Shown here: in pieces, positions 61,780-64,000 of the stretch
Layout: each line of letters begins with the position of its first letter
Position numbering within the stretch: the stretch's first letter is position 1
Assembly: GCA_047967505.1 (NCBI GenBank)
Contig: CM106538.1
Origin: Dipteris shenzhenensis
Lineage: Eukaryota
DNA: 64,000 bases
Direction: 5' to 3' (one strand)
Position numbers and translations under genes: made by a program
Notes under the pieces: model-generated
Databases searched by the model: none
The model's input: only the letters and a program-made list of their open reading frames with translations
Told to the model about the DNA's origin: nothing

Positions 61780-64000
61780 AACTTTGCCAGGCATGATAAA
61801 GAGACCCTATCAAAGCCAATACATGGCTCCCACAATACATCCCCCTCTTGACTCCAAAATAGGATGACATGGAGCCACACACCATAGATAGCAAAACATC
61901 ATTTTAGGAGGACGAACCTTTATGGACTCAACGAGATTATTACATTCAAGTTTTTGGGGGACTACCCAGGGCAGAACACCCACCAACATCAAGCTCATGG
62001 ACTTATTTTAGAAGACATATTCATCATCCTCATCTACCTCCTAAGGGAAGGATAGATTTTAGAGATGAGTAGTGAGAGAAAAAGCTAGTGTCAGAGTGTT
62101 ATCATCTTCTTCTTCACTAGTGGTAGCTGTAGCCAAGTTAGCATGCTCCTTGGATTGTTGTTTGGCAAGCTTCTGAAAACAACGGTCCTCTATATGGCCA
62201 AGCTTCTTACACTACATACATTTGAAAGGTTTGAATGGCTTCTTACCCTTGGAATATAATGCATGCTCCTCATGGACATCTTTGTGCCTTTGTTCATGAT
62301 CAAAAAGCATTGCAACCATTTCATCAAAGGACATATCCCATGCTACTTGAAGAGCTGGTATGATATCACAAAACTAAGAAATATCCTCAATGCTAGAAAG
62401 GATGAATGCCACTTGATCATCTTCCCCAACAAGGGCCTTCAAAGTGAGTCTAGTGATGAGGGATTCCATATGATATAAATGAGTATGAAGAGAATCTTCA
62501 TGCTTCATATGGAGCTTAAAGAATTCCTATTTGAGAAACACTTTGGAATTGATAATTTTGTTGTGAAATAAGCGCTCTAGCTTGGCCCACAATTCATGTG
62601 CAGTGTTATCAAAATCCAAGTGATGAATAATGTCATTCATCATTAGACAAACCCAAACCAATGATAGAAAGACCTTTGTCATTGAGAGTTTCCCAAGCTA
62701 GATTTTTCTTTTCGTCAGATTCAGGTTTCTCATCTTTGCCCACCCCACTAACCACCTTCTACACACCTTCCTTCATAAGCAGAAGCCTCAACTTGGTTTG
62801 CCAAGTTGGAAAGTTCTTACTAGAAAACTTTTCAATGACAATTCCCACTTTGGAATACTCCATGTCTGCTTCAAATATTGCAGCAATATGGGTTGAAGTG
62901 CAAGCTCATAGCAAAGGCTAGAATAGTATGGGATGTGGCAACAAATCAACTTATAGTCGGGGTAGAAAACGGCTAACAAAAGGCATCGGACCAGCTAGAA
63001 TAGCATAGCCAGCAGCTCATGTTGCAATCAGGGCAAATGGCAGCATTCTTGAGGCATGAATAGCAACAGCAACAACACTCTTCTAGTAGGTCATTTCTTC
63101 AAAAACAGGCTCCAAATGAGATCATTTTTAGGGCAACCAGTAGTAGAAACATCTCCACAATAGTAAGCAACTATTTCCTTCACAAAAACACCCCCAAAAC
63201 CGCAAAAACGAGCTATCTTTAAGCAAAAAACGGACTGCTTTTGAGCAAAAAACGAGCTGTCTTTTCCTCTATGAAGACACCCACTAATGCCCACAAGAAT
63301 AGTGCCCAAGTTTCTCCAAATCTAAGCACAAAACTATAGGAAACTTGAGGTTGATAGTCGTAGCAGAAACCCACAGCAAATCATGTAGCAGCTCCATGAA
63401 AACAACACCAAAGTCGATGTAAATCAGCAACTCATGGAGAGGCTAAGGGTGAAGGAAGAAGGGTTTCCTTCCAAGGGGAAAGAGGAAGAGTAGCTCCTCT
63501 TTTGGGGCCTCCCTCACCTCAATCCCTTGGAAGAGCAAGGGGCAAGAGGGAAAGAACTAGGAGAAGGAAGGATGGCGGAAGAAAGAAAGGGAGGTGGCTC
63601 TAATACCACATGAAGGAACATGGTGGAGAGGGAGAGGGAGAGAGAGAGGGTAGGCTAGGGAGAGAGAAGATAATACTGAAATGGAAACATAATGAAAGTG
63701 AAAGGAAACAAAAATGAGCAATAGACCAAAATGGAAAGACTCACATTAATAAAGCTTGATGTAGACTCCTTGATGTGTGTAGATGTGACACACAAGTACA
63801 ATCATATGTAAAATAGTACACACTAGAATACCAAAGTGTATATGGGATATCTCCCAATATGACACGTGGCACTCACACATAAGGCTCTACTAGAACTCCT
63901 AGTAAACAAACTAAAACACACTCAACTTGACTTCATGGTCTAACAATATATATGTATGTATGTATATATACAAAAGATGGTGAAAGGAATAGAAGAGAGG
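61780..64000 (-). mobile_element. LTR element with Copia-type gag; LTR from ~63611 to window end, PBS at ~63596-63608
   Basis: PBS-like TGGTATTAGAGCC; gag IEKFSSKNFPTWQTKLRLLL..TAHELWAKLERLF..KCM.CKKLGHIEDRC (62100-62870); no pol motifs seen after gag. Confidence 0.8.

Overview
Eukaryotic land-plant genomic DNA (fern-like by inference from the TE mix and apparent intron size; not provable here), made up almost entirely of transposable elements. The only host gene found is the last three coding exons of the cytosolic chaperonin subunit CCT5/TCP-1 epsilon (+, 31286-31966). No upstream CCT5 exon was seen, so 1-31285 is probably one giant intron. That half is dominated by LINEs: an L1-like family A (C-rich 5' UTR, LADD active site), an L1/Tx1-like family B stacked three times head-to-tail in a (CA)n microsatellite, and several RTE-X-like copies. 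It also holds a solo LTR, a non-autonomous DNA transposon with an internal foldback, and gypsy/LTR remnants. Downstream of the gene are four same-orientation copies of a Tnt1/Tto1-like Copia family with ~170-bp LTRs, a split L1 (family C) and a gag-bearing LTR element. Best leads: (1) an apparently (CA/TG)n-targeting L1/Tx1-like lineage in a plant; (2) two tandem canonical PCNA-binding PIP boxes in the C-terminal tail of the RTE-X ORF; (3) dense GTAC (SBP/SPL-site) clusters at the 5' ends of two unrelated retroelements. All alignments were done by eye and many boundaries of degraded elements are approximate.
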